This document shows, in pieces, positions 1 to 9,193 of a DNA stretch of 64,000 nt. The notes under the pieces were generated by a model, which was given only the letters and a program-made list of their open reading frames with translations, searched no databases and had not been told where the DNA came from. Each line of letters opens with the position of its first letter. Positions within the stretch are counted from its first letter, which is position 1. The DNA comes from a virus: the IMG/VR virus record IMGVR_UViG_3300044991_002272; one strand, 5' to 3'. The position numbers were made by a program, and so were the translations under genes.

Positions 1-111
1 CTGAACCGCTTGGTGCAGCAGCAGTAGATTGTGTGGTGCGCGGCCTCGGCGGTAGGCCGCGCTCTGTAGGAGTTGGCCCAAATTTTGGGAAGTTAGGGGG
101 TGACGCCATTG

Positions 112-1518
112 TTAAAATCCTTGTCTGTTTGTAAAGCGACCGCTGCGTAGTCCCGCTTGAGTGTCTGATCTAGAGCCAACACCCTGATCGTAAGTTCTAC
201 TGCCGGTTTCAGAAGGGATATTGATTGTTTCTCCGGTCCTGAGTTGATCAGGATTTGTTATTTGAGGATTAGCAGCAAGCAATTCGCGCACACTGAGATT
301 ATTCTTTTGTGCGAGGGTGCTTAGATTATCGCCTCTTTGCACAGTGTATTCTTGGGATGGTATAGAGATGGTTGGATCATAGTCACCTGCCTCACCAGAT
401 GCCGATGATATGTCTACTGGGCTAGCGTCATCATCGTCTTGAGTGCCGGTCCCTGTCCCTATTTCAGGATCGTCACGGTCCACCGGCCGCACTCTTAAAG
501 GTCGAGAATCAGGTTCCACCACCGGGACTGGTTCATCATATCCTACTTCACCTGGGAAAGAGTTGGTTCTATTTCTGCTGGTTGCTGCGTAATCTCCTGC
601 TTCACCAGAAGGGATACCTGTACCTGTTTTGTCAGATGCGTAATCTCCTGCTTCACCAGAAGGGATACCTGTACCTGTTTTGTCAGATGCGTAATCTCCT
701 GCTTCACCAGAGGGGATACCTGTACCAATTGGTTCACTTTGCCCGCTTAACCATGAATCTAATGTATTGGATATTGCGTCTGAATAACGGATTGCGCCGC
801 CTATTGCTGCCCCTATAGCAGTAAATGTAATGTTTTTTGCAACAGCTGATTTAAAGCTGGCGCCGTTCAGCATATCCGTAACGGTCTTTGTTAAAATAAG
901 AGCTGCTGGAGCCGCCCACCAATATCCTGATGCCAAAATAGGAATTGACACACCCATCAGCCCCACAACTGCATTAGCTGTTTTTGGATGGTTTTTAACA
1001 ATTTTGCTCAATTTTTGGAATATTGCACCCAGTTTTTTGTATTTGCCTTTGGGATCAGCCTTGCTCAAGGATTGCTGAAGTTTATCTTCCCGATTAGCTA
1101 CCCACACTTCAGGATTAGACACTAAAGGATCACTGCTTTGGGTTTTTTTCAAGATTGTTGCAGCGGCACCTTTGAGTGTCCGCAAGGCACTATCTTTGTC
1201 TAAGTCTTGTGTTGCTGGTTCATCGCGTAGGTTTGCGTGTGCAGCAATTAAGTCCTGTATGTTGGGATATTTCTTAGCCAACGCCAAGAGTTCTTCGTCA
1301 GTGTAGCCTTGTGCGTCAGCTTCTTGCACCCGCCCTTTGTAGCTCTCAAATACTGCATGAAAAGCAGGAATCAATTTCTCTTGAACCTGTCGCTCAGTTT
1401 CCAAGATCACTTGCTCTTCCTGCAATGCAACACTTTCATATAAGCGTGTTGCCTTGGGATTTGCGATGCTGTTTAAAAGTTGACGCATTAGCTCTGCATC
1501 AGAAACATGATTTTTCAT
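112..1518 (-). CDS. LysM-domain protein with central hydrophobic segments and GEAGDY repeats; probable virion (internal/ejection) protein
   Basis: C-terminal LysM (YTVQRGDNLSTLAQKNNLSVRELLAANPQITNPDQLRTGETINIP); hydrophobic stretches AVVGLMGVSIPILASGYWWAAPAALIL and ITFTAIGAAIGGAI; N-terminal ELMRQLLNSI motif shared with the neighbour. Confidence 0.7.
   Translation of the reverse strand: MKNHVSDAELMRQLLNSIANPKATRLYESVALQEEQVILETERQVQEKLIPAFHAVFESYKGRVQEADAQGYTDEELLALAKKYPNIQDLIAAHANLRDEPATQDLDKDSALRTLKGAAATILKKTQSSDPLVSNPEVWVANREDKLQQSLSKADPKGKYKKLGAIFQKLSKIVKNHPKTANAVVGLMGVSIPILASGYWWAAPAALILTKTVTDMLNGASFKSAVAKNITFTAIGAAIGGAIRYSDAISNTLDSWLSGQSEPIGTGIPSGEAGDYASDKTGTGIPSGEAGDYASDKTGTGIPSGEAGDYAATSRNRTNSFPGEVGYDEPVPVVEPDSRPLRVRPVDRDDPEIGTGTGTQDDDDASPVDISSASGEAGDYDPTISIPSQEYTVQRGDNLSTLAQKNNLSVRELLAANPQITNPDQLRTGETINIPSETGSRTYDQGVGSRSDTQAGLRSGRFTNRQGF
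587..726 (-). repeat. 51-bp tandem repeat, about 2.75 copies (17-aa unit ASDKTGTGIPSGEAGDY)
   Basis: Units start at 587, 638 and 689 and are nearly identical; a degenerate SGEAGDY copy lies further downstream in the protein. Confidence 0.95.
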
Positions 1519-2456
1519 GGTGTTGGCGCCCCTCCACGTAAGTTTGCTATAATAAATCGTATCATATCATCTGAAAATCCTTGCGTGCGCAAGTCTGTTA
1601 TCAGGTCAGTAAGGTCTTTTACAGGATTAGTGGGCAGCGGCGGAGGAGGTGGGGGTGGCTGTTTGCGACCGCCTCTTGCGAGGTTTGTATCATTAGCAAT
1701 AACTATTTCCAACACCAAATCAGCCAGTTTCCCTATAAGGGCTTGTTTTTCCAAAACCGTGAGATTCCGGGTATTTGTGACTCGGAAGGGTTGTGGTAGA
1801 GGATGAACTGGCGCGGGTCTGATCCTAGCATAATCTCGAGCAAACGCAATCATACCCGCGTTAACTGTCTGGATAGGTATTTGCTTTGCTGCGCTAGAGC
1901 CTCCAAGCGGCACAGCGGCAATTGTCTGGCCCAATTTTGCTAAGGAGAACTGACTTAGTCTAGGTAATGTAATTCTCAAGCTTTGCATTATTTGTAATGC
2001 CTCAGCTTCTTGTTGCTGTGTGCCTTTGGCCAACAAATTAGTGTGCAGCTTGTTTGCAGCTTTTTGCTGTATTTGTCCCAAACCCAAGAAGATTTTCTTG
2101 AGATCATCATCATTCAAGATTTTGCTCAAATCGTTATTGGTTACTTGGGCAACAACTTGATTCACATACTGATCACCAATTTTGGTAGTGCTTTCTTTCC
2201 CGCCAAAACGAACTTGTTGATACCATTTCATGAAATCTGCTGCTGAAACATTTTCCAACCCTGCTTGTCGCCATGCTAAATTCAATTGGTTGGCGTAATT
2301 ACCGGCTGTGAGTTGGGCTGCTGCGGCTGGGTTACTAAAACTCTTTGCCCATAATGCTATTTCACGCCCAAGTCCCATAGGGGCACCAAAAGCCTCATCA
2401 AGCTGTGGCTTTGCTACACTGTTTATGAGCTTTCTCATATCCTCGGCATTACTCAT
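1515..2456 (-). CDS. Hypothetical protein, probable internal head protein, poly-Pro C-terminus
   Basis: 313-aa ORF; N-terminal EDMRKLINSV...QLDE; overlaps the downstream start by 4 nt. Confidence 0.6.
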   Translation of the reverse strand: MSNAEDMRKLINSVAKPQLDEAFGAPMGLGREIALWAKSFSNPAAAAQLTAGNYANQLNLAWRQAGLENVSAADFMKWYQQVRFGGKESTTKIGDQYVNQVVAQVTNNDLSKILNDDDLKKIFLGLGQIQQKAANKLHTNLLAKGTQQQEAEALQIMQSLRITLPRLSQFSLAKLGQTIAAVPLGGSSAAKQIPIQTVNAGMIAFARDYARIRPAPVHPLPQPFRVTNTRNLTVLEKQALIGKLADLVLEIVIANDTNLARGGRKQPPPPPPPLPTNPVKDLTDLITDLRTQGFSDDMIRFIIANLRGGAPTP

Positions 2457-2703
2457 GACCTTTTCCTTTTTTAACAGTGTTAAGCTTACGCATAAATTTG
2501 GTTGATTCTTTACATAAGATGCTCTTTACTAACCGTTTGGTTAAATCTTCAGCTACTTCTGCGTCATAGCTGGCATGGAGTTGCTCAATAAGGTGAATAG
2601 CACTGCTGATTACATGAGCAGCTCTACTTTCAATAACTGAGTGTTTGTTTTTAACTGGAACGAGCGAATCCAATTCCTCAATAATAGATTTCTGTTTGTT
2701 CAA
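2449..2703 (-). CDS. Hypothetical protein
   Basis: 84-aa ORF (TTG start) below a TAAATA late promoter; coupled to the next gene. Confidence 0.6.
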   Translation of the reverse strand: MNKQKSIIEELDSLVPVKNKHSVIESRAAHVISSAIHLIEQLHASYDAEVAEDLTKRLVKSILCKESTKFMRKLNTVKKGKGHE

Positions 2704-2724
2704 AGCCTGTCAACCCAATTTTTG

Positions 2725-2751
2725 AATATTTATGCTCCCTCCATAAATATT
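2725..2751. promoter_or_regulatory. Back-to-back divergent late promoters forming a perfect inverted repeat
   Basis: AATATTTATG-CTCCCTC-CATAAATATT; a TAAATA points into each of the two divergent genes. Confidence 0.7.
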
Positions 2752-2777
2752 TTTGACACTGTTTTTGGGCTCACATT

Positions 2778-3125
2778 ATGACACAAATTTTAACAGAACA
2801 AATGAGAAGCTTGGCTAAAAGATTACATGAACTGGATAGTTCACCGGGCGCTGCAATGGTTCCTGGTAGTAAGGAAACGGTGCCTATAGAGCCAACGCAA
2901 GGGAGCGTTATGCCCAAGCAATTGGCTGACATTCTTGGTATGCAGGACATAAACTTATTCACCCGTGCCTGGAATAAATTACGTCAGGGCAGAGAACATC
3001 AGCTCACACGTCAAGAGATGGCAGAACTTAGCATTGCATTCATGAAATTGGTGCTGGCTGATCCCAATGATACAACCAAAGCCATGAGCTTGTTGCGCCG
3101 GATCAGCGCCAAAAATCCAGAGTAA
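2778..3125 (+). CDS. Hypothetical late protein (EQMRSLAKRL N-terminal motif)
   Basis: 115-aa ORF downstream of TAAATA. Confidence 0.65.
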   Translation: MTQILTEQMRSLAKRLHELDSSPGAAMVPGSKETVPIEPTQGSVMPKQLADILGMQDINLFTRAWNKLRQGREHQLTRQEMAELSIAFMKLVLADPNDTTKAMSLLRRISAKNPE

Positions 3126-3665
3126 CTATCGCCTGATCAAGGATGTAAGCTCTTTGAGCTTAGCAAGATTGTTTGCTGGAGCAGACATGGTGTCAGTATT
3201 TGCAGGGGGAATAGGTGCAGCACCTGTTGCCCCAGTGTTTTTCCTACGCAAGTCTGCCATCATATCTGCTGCGGTTTTCACTGGCACTTGGCTTTCATTC
3301 TCTTCCAAGTCATAGATGCGCAGTGTTTCAACATCATATCCCATAATGATCTTGCTGCCCACACCACTGCTGCTTCTTGTTTTCAAAAACTGGTATTGAT
3401 ACTGTCCACGTTCTCTCATTGCTGGTGTAGCCAAGATTGATACCACATTATCTGCTGTTTGAATCTTGCTGATACCGCCTGCAATGTGACTGTGATCATG
3501 TTCCATTTCATTGACTGAGCTGTTATGAGTTAAGATGTCATTGGCCCAAAACAATCTGTCATTGTCAACATTGATATCAATAGTGTCTTGAATTCCTAAG
3601 TACTTGATGTCTACGATCTCGTCCCAATCAATATCTTCACTTAACTCGTCAAAAATTTCAGACAT
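3126..3665 (-). CDS. gp41/DnaB-like helicase C-terminal part fused to split-intein C-fragment
   Basis: IntC ends ...LFWANDILTHN, +1 Ser, followed by helicase motifs HSHIAGGISKIQTADNV and FLKTRSSSG. Confidence 0.92.
   Translation of the reverse strand: MSEIFDELSEDIDWDEIVDIKYLGIQDTIDINVDNDRLFWANDILTHNSSVNEMEHDHSHIAGGISKIQTADNVVSILATPAMRERGQYQYQFLKTRSSSGVGSKIIMGYDVETLRIYDLEENESQVPVKTAADMMADLRRKNTGATGAAPIPPANTDTMSAPANNLAKLKELTSLIRR
3522..3665 (-). mobile_element. Split intein C-fragment (IntC, 48 aa)
   Basis: Blocks F/G: DTIDINVDNDRLFWANDILTHN/S; closely resembles gp41-1 IntC (LIDIEVSGNHLFYANDILTHN/S). Confidence 0.92.
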
Positions 3666-4939
3666 TGTTCCATAACCTCTTTTGTATTCTTTTTGTAGTC
3701 ACTCTGCCAAATAGTCAATGTATTATAGCCTCTTGATTCATATAATTTAAGCTTGGCAGCATCTTTTTCCCATATTTCTTGTGCAGTAAGGTCCTTATTC
3801 AACGGGTTTGGCCTATCATCTGATTTATAGACAGTTGGATTGGCATGCCAGCTATCTCCATTGAACTCAATTATTCGACCGTTATAGAAGAGATCTGGCT
3901 TGACATAGATATTCAAACCTTCAAACTCCCTGCATGAAATCCTTATTTCATTTTCCCCAAAATAATACAAATCATTTATAGTTTTAGAGAGCTCACAACA
4001 TATCTCAAACGACCATTTGCTGAACCTTTTACTACTGTTTATTGCAGACATAGTTTTTTCATATCTGTCTTGAAACATAGTTTTGCCTTCAGGTCCGTAT
4101 TTCTCCAAATAATAGGCAAGCGTATTTGCATAACCTTTTCTTTGGCAGACATCACTATATATTTTTGTACCAGTCTCTATGCCGTATCTATCAATATGTC
4201 CCTGTAGCGTTGCAATATAACCTATTCTGGCATTGAGTTCTTTATATTTTTCTAACCCTTGTTCAAGACCATATAAACTGGTAAATTTAGCTAAATTACG
4301 TGTTGTTTTAGTTTCCTTGCAGATGATAGGGCCCATTTCTGGTCCATACTTCTCTATAAACCCTGCCAAACTATTTTTGTGACTTGAATCAGAAATTTTA
4401 GTATTGTATCGTGCTGTCCCTTCTTCTGCACCATACAAGGCAATATAATGATCTAGTCCAGTTGACGGGTAGCAATGCCCGATTGCTTTGCGAGATTTGT
4501 AAGTATTTGATCTCTTAACACAATATTCTGCCCATTTTTGATTACCAATATCCTCGCCATACCGGTTCACATAATTCTCCAGAGATGCTCCTCTAGCAGA
4601 TAATTTGCGAGTAGCTTCTTCTTGGCCATATTTTTGTACATAATCCTCTTTGGTCTGTGTAGACGCTGCTGTCTTTTCTTCCCACAGCTCTAAACCTTTT
4701 TTCTCACCATATCGAGTAATAAATGACTTCTTTGAAGAGCTATCATGCCCAAGCTTAGTAATCTCGTCCCAGTTTTGGTGCAAGTGCCAAAAATCAAGAG
4801 TATATTTTTGGTAAATCTCAATAAGTGTAATCAACATCCGTTTTGTGCGGCCATCATACTCGACTGAATTGAGCAATGCCTGTTTGTCCGCAGTCAAACA
4901 TAAATTCCTTATTCTTTTAGAGTTGCAGATATTCTTCAT
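3641..4939 (-). CDS. Free-standing Vsr/DUF559-like (PD-(D/E)xK) homing endonuclease with YGxExG repeats
   Basis: C-terminal KPDLFYNGRIIEFNGDSWH...WEKD...RGYNTLTIWQSD; about 8 YG-E-G repeats; AT-rich; lies between the intein halves. Confidence 0.8.
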   Translation of the reverse strand: MKNICNSKRIRNLCLTADKQALLNSVEYDGRTKRMLITLIEIYQKYTLDFWHLHQNWDEITKLGHDSSSKKSFITRYGEKKGLELWEEKTAASTQTKEDYVQKYGQEEATRKLSARGASLENYVNRYGEDIGNQKWAEYCVKRSNTYKSRKAIGHCYPSTGLDHYIALYGAEEGTARYNTKISDSSHKNSLAGFIEKYGPEMGPIICKETKTTRNLAKFTSLYGLEQGLEKYKELNARIGYIATLQGHIDRYGIETGTKIYSDVCQRKGYANTLAYYLEKYGPEGKTMFQDRYEKTMSAINSSKRFSKWSFEICCELSKTINDLYYFGENEIRISCREFEGLNIYVKPDLFYNGRIIEFNGDSWHANPTVYKSDDRPNPLNKDLTAQEIWEKDAAKLKLYESRGYNTLTIWQSDYKKNTKEVMEQCLKFLTS

Positions 4940-4950
4940 ATGGTCCTCGT

Positions 4951-4983
4951 GTTGCCGTTAGCATTATTTATGCGAACGGCAAC
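4951..4983 (-). promoter_or_regulatory. Hairpin with late promoter TAAATA and the IntN stop codon at its apex, adjacent to the endonuclease RBS
   Basis: GTTGCCGTT/AACGGCAAC plus GCAT/ATGC stems; the 3' arm ends 2 nt before GAGG. Confidence 0.7.
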
Positions 4984-6247
4984 GCAACCTATCACCAATT
5001 TTCAATCCAGATTCAAGATTTTTCAATCCGCCCTCAGTGGGAAACATATGCTTGCTACTCACCTTGATAGTCTTGCCACTTTTGGTAGTAATTTCAAACA
5101 CTGCTTGTTTCACCACTGGTAGTACTTCTGTTACTCTTACTGGGCCAGATTCATTTTCAATGTAGTCTCCTACTTTCAATTGATCAATTGTTACTTTTTG
5201 GCCATTTCGAACTACTATAGTATCCAGAGTCAGACACCTTCCAAGTTGGCTCGCAGTTTGCATGATGATGTTGCGCTCTACTGCCAGTCCGCGAAGCTCC
5301 TCAGTTACAAACTTGTCCTTGATGAAAAGGTTACTAACGTCAATTCTCTTGTTGTTAGGAAACATGAGATCAAGATAATCTACCATGAGTGCATCGCATT
5401 TTTGCCCTGTCTCAATCTCATAGTTTTTCAAAAACGCTCTCAGGTCGTTAGTAGTTGTGCCTTGAGGCATCTGTTTCACATACAATGTGCCTGCACGTTT
5501 GCCTGCCTGTGCAACTTTGATCTCCACCTCATCAATTCTCTTGAAAATTTCTGTTGTGGGAATATGCGCCACCATTGAGTCCAAGCGCATGGAGATCATT
5601 TCTTCACTCAGCTCTAGACTGATGTAGATAACATTCAGTCCAGCCTTAACCATGTTCACTGCCATGTTTTGAAGTGTGAGACTTTTGCCACCACCTGAAC
5701 CTGCACACCAAATGGTGATTTCTTTTCTGTTCACACCGCCATACAGCTTTTGGTCCACAGTTTTCCAACCAGTGCTGACCTGACCATTTGAGTTTTTGAT
5801 TCGCATCAACCGCTCTCGGGGATTGAGAAAGTAGTTGGTGCCAATGTCACTAGTAAGCCCAACTAAGATAGCTTCTTTGACTCGCTTTTCCACCTCAGCA
5901 TAGTTGCCTTTTTGAATCAACTCTGGTGCACTCAGCACAGCATCTGCAATGGCTCGGTTTTTACAAAACTCTTCAATTTGATCCAGAAAAGCTTGTTGCA
6001 GTTGGGGATTGATGTTGTCAATTTTTTCAAAATCAATACCAAATTGCGCACTCAATTGTGCTGGCTTAGGCAATGCCCTGTATTGATTTGCGAAATCAAT
6101 AACAAAACGCATCACAGGTCTCAGCTTGTTCACAAAGTATTTGGGCTGCAATATGTTTTGGCAGCGTGCATAAATCTCTTCATCACTCAACAGAACGCTT
6201 ACCAGCATTTTTTGCACGTCTTCGTTGTAATCTTTTGCTTCAGCCAA
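4964..6247 (-). CDS. gp41/DnaB-like replicative helicase N-terminal part fused to split-intein N-fragment
   Basis: Walker A CAGSGGGKS, Walker B LMVDYLD, motif QTASQLGR immediately followed by CLTLDT (intein block A). Confidence 0.95.
   Translation of the reverse strand: MAEAKDYNEDVQKMLVSVLLSDEEIYARCQNILQPKYFVNKLRPVMRFVIDFANQYRALPKPAQLSAQFGIDFEKIDNINPQLQQAFLDQIEEFCKNRAIADAVLSAPELIQKGNYAEVEKRVKEAILVGLTSDIGTNYFLNPRERLMRIKNSNGQVSTGWKTVDQKLYGGVNRKEITIWCAGSGGGKSLTLQNMAVNMVKAGLNVIYISLELSEEMISMRLDSMVAHIPTTEIFKRIDEVEIKVAQAGKRAGTLYVKQMPQGTTTNDLRAFLKNYEIETGQKCDALMVDYLDLMFPNNKRIDVSNLFIKDKFVTEELRGLAVERNIIMQTASQLGRCLTLDTIVVRNGQKVTIDQLKVGDYIENESGPVRVTEVLPVVKQAVFEITTKSGKTIKVSSKHMFPTEGGLKNLESGLKIGDRLRCRSHK
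4967..5236 (-). mobile_element. Split intein N-fragment (IntN, 90 aa)
   Basis: Cys1 CLTLDT; block B VSSKHMFPT; ends in a stop codon with no endonuclease domain; resembles gp41-1 IntN. Confidence 0.92.
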
Positions 6248-6249
6248 GG

Positions 6250-7269
6250 TTATCCCCTAAACATTTGTCGTTTGATGCCGATCTCAACATCGTTTTTTGT
6301 GCGACTTTGAATCACACTTGTAATGGTATAGAGTTGACCATACCTCCTGCAAGCCTCAGCAGCATCTTTTACATCATCTTCCCACTCTGGGAAACTCACA
6401 CTCCAGCCAAACATCAATGCTGTGTCAATCAATTCTTGATTCTTACGCTGCCGGTCAGGCAACACTATGATCTCTTGATCCCTGGCTACCAATTGGTATA
6501 TTTGCTGTTCACTAAGAGTGCTGCCCAATGCTGCAACGCCCTGTGTGGAAATAGCATCAAATCCACCCTCAACCAATATGGCAAACTTGCGTCCAGGAAT
6601 ATCCAGCACATCATTATTGAACAAATATCCATCTGGTATGCTGCTGTTGAAGTAGCGAGAAGTTCCAGGCGGTGGCGAGCCTGCATATCTTGCAGTCCAC
6701 CCCACAATTTGGTTATGTGAGTAAAAGGGTATTAACACACGATTGTTCAATTGATGTTTTTTGTTGGGACTCCAATAATAATCGTAACCAGCTGCTATGT
6801 CTTGCCCACGACTTTCAATATACTCAACAACCTTCAAAAAATCAGGGTCAAACTCAGACTCGGAAAGAAGGCTCTCTATGGGCCTTGCGCCCTCAGGCAT
6901 TTCAACAGTGGGGAATTTTTGGAAACTGATCTTAACAGATTCTGGTAACGAGATCCGTCCATCCAGTTCTTTTTGTAATATTTCCATCTTCAAAGATTGA
7001 ACGCTGCTTCGCGGCACGCCCAACCAGTCAAGATACTGTTCAAAACTGCTGCTTAACCTAGTGCCATCAAATCTTGTTTTGAACCCACAATTGAAACAAT
7101 GGATGCCCAGTTGACCATCTTCTGAAAGTCGAAGATTTCCGCGCATGCGAGTATCAGCTTTGTGGCCTCGATGGCTGCAACAGACTGCATTGTGTATGAC
7201 CCATCCTTTGGGTGTAACTCTCCGCTGAACTGGAAGATGCTGCATAATTAGTTCGTGTATCAAGCTCAT
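6250..7269 (-). CDS. DNA primase (T4 gp61/DnaG-like)
   Basis: Zn-binding CC...HCFNCG; TOPRIM ILVEGGFDAI, PDRQ, KDAAE; adjacent to the helicase. Confidence 0.9.
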   Translation of the reverse strand: MSLIHELIMQHLPVQRRVTPKGWVIHNAVCCSHRGHKADTRMRGNLRLSEDGQLGIHCFNCGFKTRFDGTRLSSSFEQYLDWLGVPRSSVQSLKMEILQKELDGRISLPESVKISFQKFPTVEMPEGARPIESLLSESEFDPDFLKVVEYIESRGQDIAAGYDYYWSPNKKHQLNNRVLIPFYSHNQIVGWTARYAGSPPPGTSRYFNSSIPDGYLFNNDVLDIPGRKFAILVEGGFDAISTQGVAALGSTLSEQQIYQLVARDQEIIVLPDRQRKNQELIDTALMFGWSVSFPEWEDDVKDAAEACRRYGQLYTITSVIQSRTKNDVEIGIKRQMFRG

Positions 7270-7288
7270 ACACTATTATAGTCAGCTT

Positions 7289-8110
7289 TCAGCTTATTTT
7301 GTAGAGTATTTTATCTATTGTTCCTCGATTGATTGGATCTGGAATACACACAAATCTGATCCAACGACAATTGATAGCGAAAGTATAACTCCGTAATGAG
7401 GTAGTTGTGCTGTCATAATAGTCTTCAGTTACTCCTGGACTGAGATCCACATAAAACCAACTCCGCTCAACTGGTGCTAGGTTTTCCAAACTGGCTTGTA
7501 TTTTAAAGTACCCTTGCCAATTGGTTTGATAGAAGGCAACTGAAAATAGCCCAGTGTTGTTACCTACACTGTTTTCTGCCCTAATAGCCCCACTAACCAA
7601 CCATTCTTTCATTTCATCCCAGTCTACTGTTATGGGCGTGAGTTCAGAACCCTTGAGTGTAACACTGGGAATAAATGTGCCGCCCACACTATCATACAAA
7701 TCAAAATCACCAATTGTGGAATTGTTGATATCTGTGTAAAGCATCTCTTGATTTTGATAAGGGCGGGTGATTTTCACTTGGTAGCGATATCCGCCTAAAC
7801 TCCAATTGGATGTATCGTTGCTGCTTAGCACAACTTGTGCTCTACCTTTGAGTTCATCTGTTACAGTACAAGATTTTTCCAGGACTATTGTCTGTGTAGC
7901 TGCATGCTCAATTACGATACTGAGTTGGCAATCCACTAATTTGACAGGCCTGCGGTCATTGTTACGTACAACAAAATCAATAATGTTGTAGTTGTTTTTG
8001 TATATTTTTGTGTTGTAATTTATCATGGGCCTATTGTAATTTGGGGCGCGATGATCAGTCATGCTCAATTGAACTGGCAGTCTGTAACTGTAGAGATATA
8101 TCAAGCTCAT
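7289..8110 (-). CDS. Late protein, probable virion/baseplate-associated beta-rich protein
   Basis: Start reassigned to ATG 8110 below TAAATA; BppU-like N-terminal pattern (DFVVRNNDRRPVKL...GGYRYQV). Confidence 0.5.
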   Translation of the reverse strand: MSLIYLYSYRLPVQLSMTDHRAPNYNRPMINYNTKIYKNNYNIIDFVVRNNDRRPVKLVDCQLSIVIEHAATQTIVLEKSCTVTDELKGRAQVVLSSNDTSNWSLGGYRYQVKITRPYQNQEMLYTDINNSTIGDFDLYDSVGGTFIPSVTLKGSELTPITVDWDEMKEWLVSGAIRAENSVGNNTGLFSVAFYQTNWQGYFKIQASLENLAPVERSWFYVDLSPGVTEDYYDSTTTSLRSYTFAINCRWIRFVCIPDPINRGTIDKILYKIS

Positions 8111-8140
8111 TGGGATAACATCATCAACAAAAGATTTACA

Positions 8141-8165
8141 CCTATTTAAGAGTGTCTTAAATAGG
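8141..8165. promoter_or_regulatory. Second back-to-back divergent late promoter palindrome
   Basis: CCTATTTAAGA-GTG-TCTTAAATAGG, a perfect 11-bp inverted repeat between divergent genes. Confidence 0.7.
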
Positions 8166-8170
8166 GCTTG

Positions 8171-8536
8171 ATGGAAAACACACCGCAACAGAGATGGCCA
8201 TTTTTAACAGAAATCCGCTATCTCAACAAAGATTACACTGGCATTGTTCAAAATGCTGACAACACGATGCTGCACATGTATGTGATTGACCAGACCATGA
8301 GCATCCAACAGAAAAAAGAGATTATCCAATGTGGAGAGCTCTATTGGTGGGGTAGCAATCGCCAAATTCCCATCAATGTGTTCTTGCGGGAACGGTTCCG
8401 ACCCTTCAAAGGGTGTTTGAAGACCTTTGTGAGAAAAGAAGTAACTGTGTTAAGCGGCCCCTTACCCAGCTTGGACACACTTATTAACAAGCGTGGCAAA
8501 AAGCGCACAGTTCAGCTTGTTAAGAGCACAAGCTAG
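8171..8536 (+). CDS. Hypothetical late protein
   Basis: ORF directly downstream of TAAATA. Confidence 0.65.
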   Translation: MENTPQQRWPFLTEIRYLNKDYTGIVQNADNTMLHMYVIDQTMSIQQKKEIIQCGELYWWGSNRQIPINVFLRERFRPFKGCLKTFVRKEVTVLSGPLPSLDTLINKRGKKRTVQLVKSTS

Positions 8537-8748
8537 CCACCGATCATCAAAAAGTGCACAAAGCCATCTAGTTTGATGGCTATTGTGACACTCTGATCAG
8601 GGGCAGTAAATTCAGGCAACAAGCAGTCTATGCCCTGGAGGTTGAGCCAGGTTTTCACAGTTTCCTGTGTTTGGCTGTCCCAAACCTCAAACAAGGTCAT
8701 ATAGGTCAATGCTCTTTCAATAGCATCTAGAGTGGACTTAGTCCCCAA
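8533..8748 (-). CDS. Hypothetical protein
   Basis: 71-aa ORF, coupled to the upstream gene. Confidence 0.5.
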   Translation of the reverse strand: MGTKSTLDAIERALTYMTLFEVWDSQTQETVKTWLNLQGIDCLLPEFTAPDQSVTIAIKLDGFVHFLMIGG

Positions 8749-9181
8749 GTGAGGTCACCTGCACCTTCACCTTCACACTGCCATCTTTGCCTACCTTCAC
8801 TTGTGCAGGGCGGCGAGACTTGAGATCCTTTTCGTCTCCTTTGCTCCACTTCATCCAAGTGCTAGTGAGAGTCCAGGCCACTGTAGCAGCATCAGTTTCG
8901 TCACTGAGTTTTAGGCTGGCGCTGAGTTTGTCTTCACTTTCGCCAAAAACTTCCAGGAGGTAGTTGTTTTCCAGTTCACTGAGAAAGCTTAGTGTGGTTC
9001 CAAGATCAGCTAGGGAAATCTTGGGTGCCCGGAACCAAAAGTGTTTTTTGATGTTCTTTTGACGAGACAGCCAATCATTTTCCAGGTTTTCGCGCACCAA
9101 TACCTTGGTCTCACCCACTGTAAGATGGTAAGTGTGTCCAAACATATTGGCAGAGTGTTGCCAGTCTAGTGATTTGCTCAT
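8738..9181 (-). CDS. Hypothetical protein
   Basis: 147-aa ORF with GGAG RBS. Confidence 0.65.
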   Translation of the reverse strand: MSKSLDWQHSANMFGHTYHLTVGETKVLVRENLENDWLSRQKNIKKHFWFRAPKISLADLGTTLSFLSELENNYLLEVFGESEDKLSASLKLSDETDAATVAWTLTSTWMKWSKGDEKDLKSRRPAQVKVGKDGSVKVKVQVTSLGD

Positions 9182-9193
9182 ACATGTTGCTCC

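Noticed and set aside
587-726. Tandem repeats as a CRISPR or guide array
   Set aside because: In-frame 51-bp coding repeats without unique spacers; no cas-like gene.
1640-1662. Poly-G/poly-Pro tract as a phase-variation site
   Set aside because: Mixed Pro codons, not a homopolymer; an ordinary linker.
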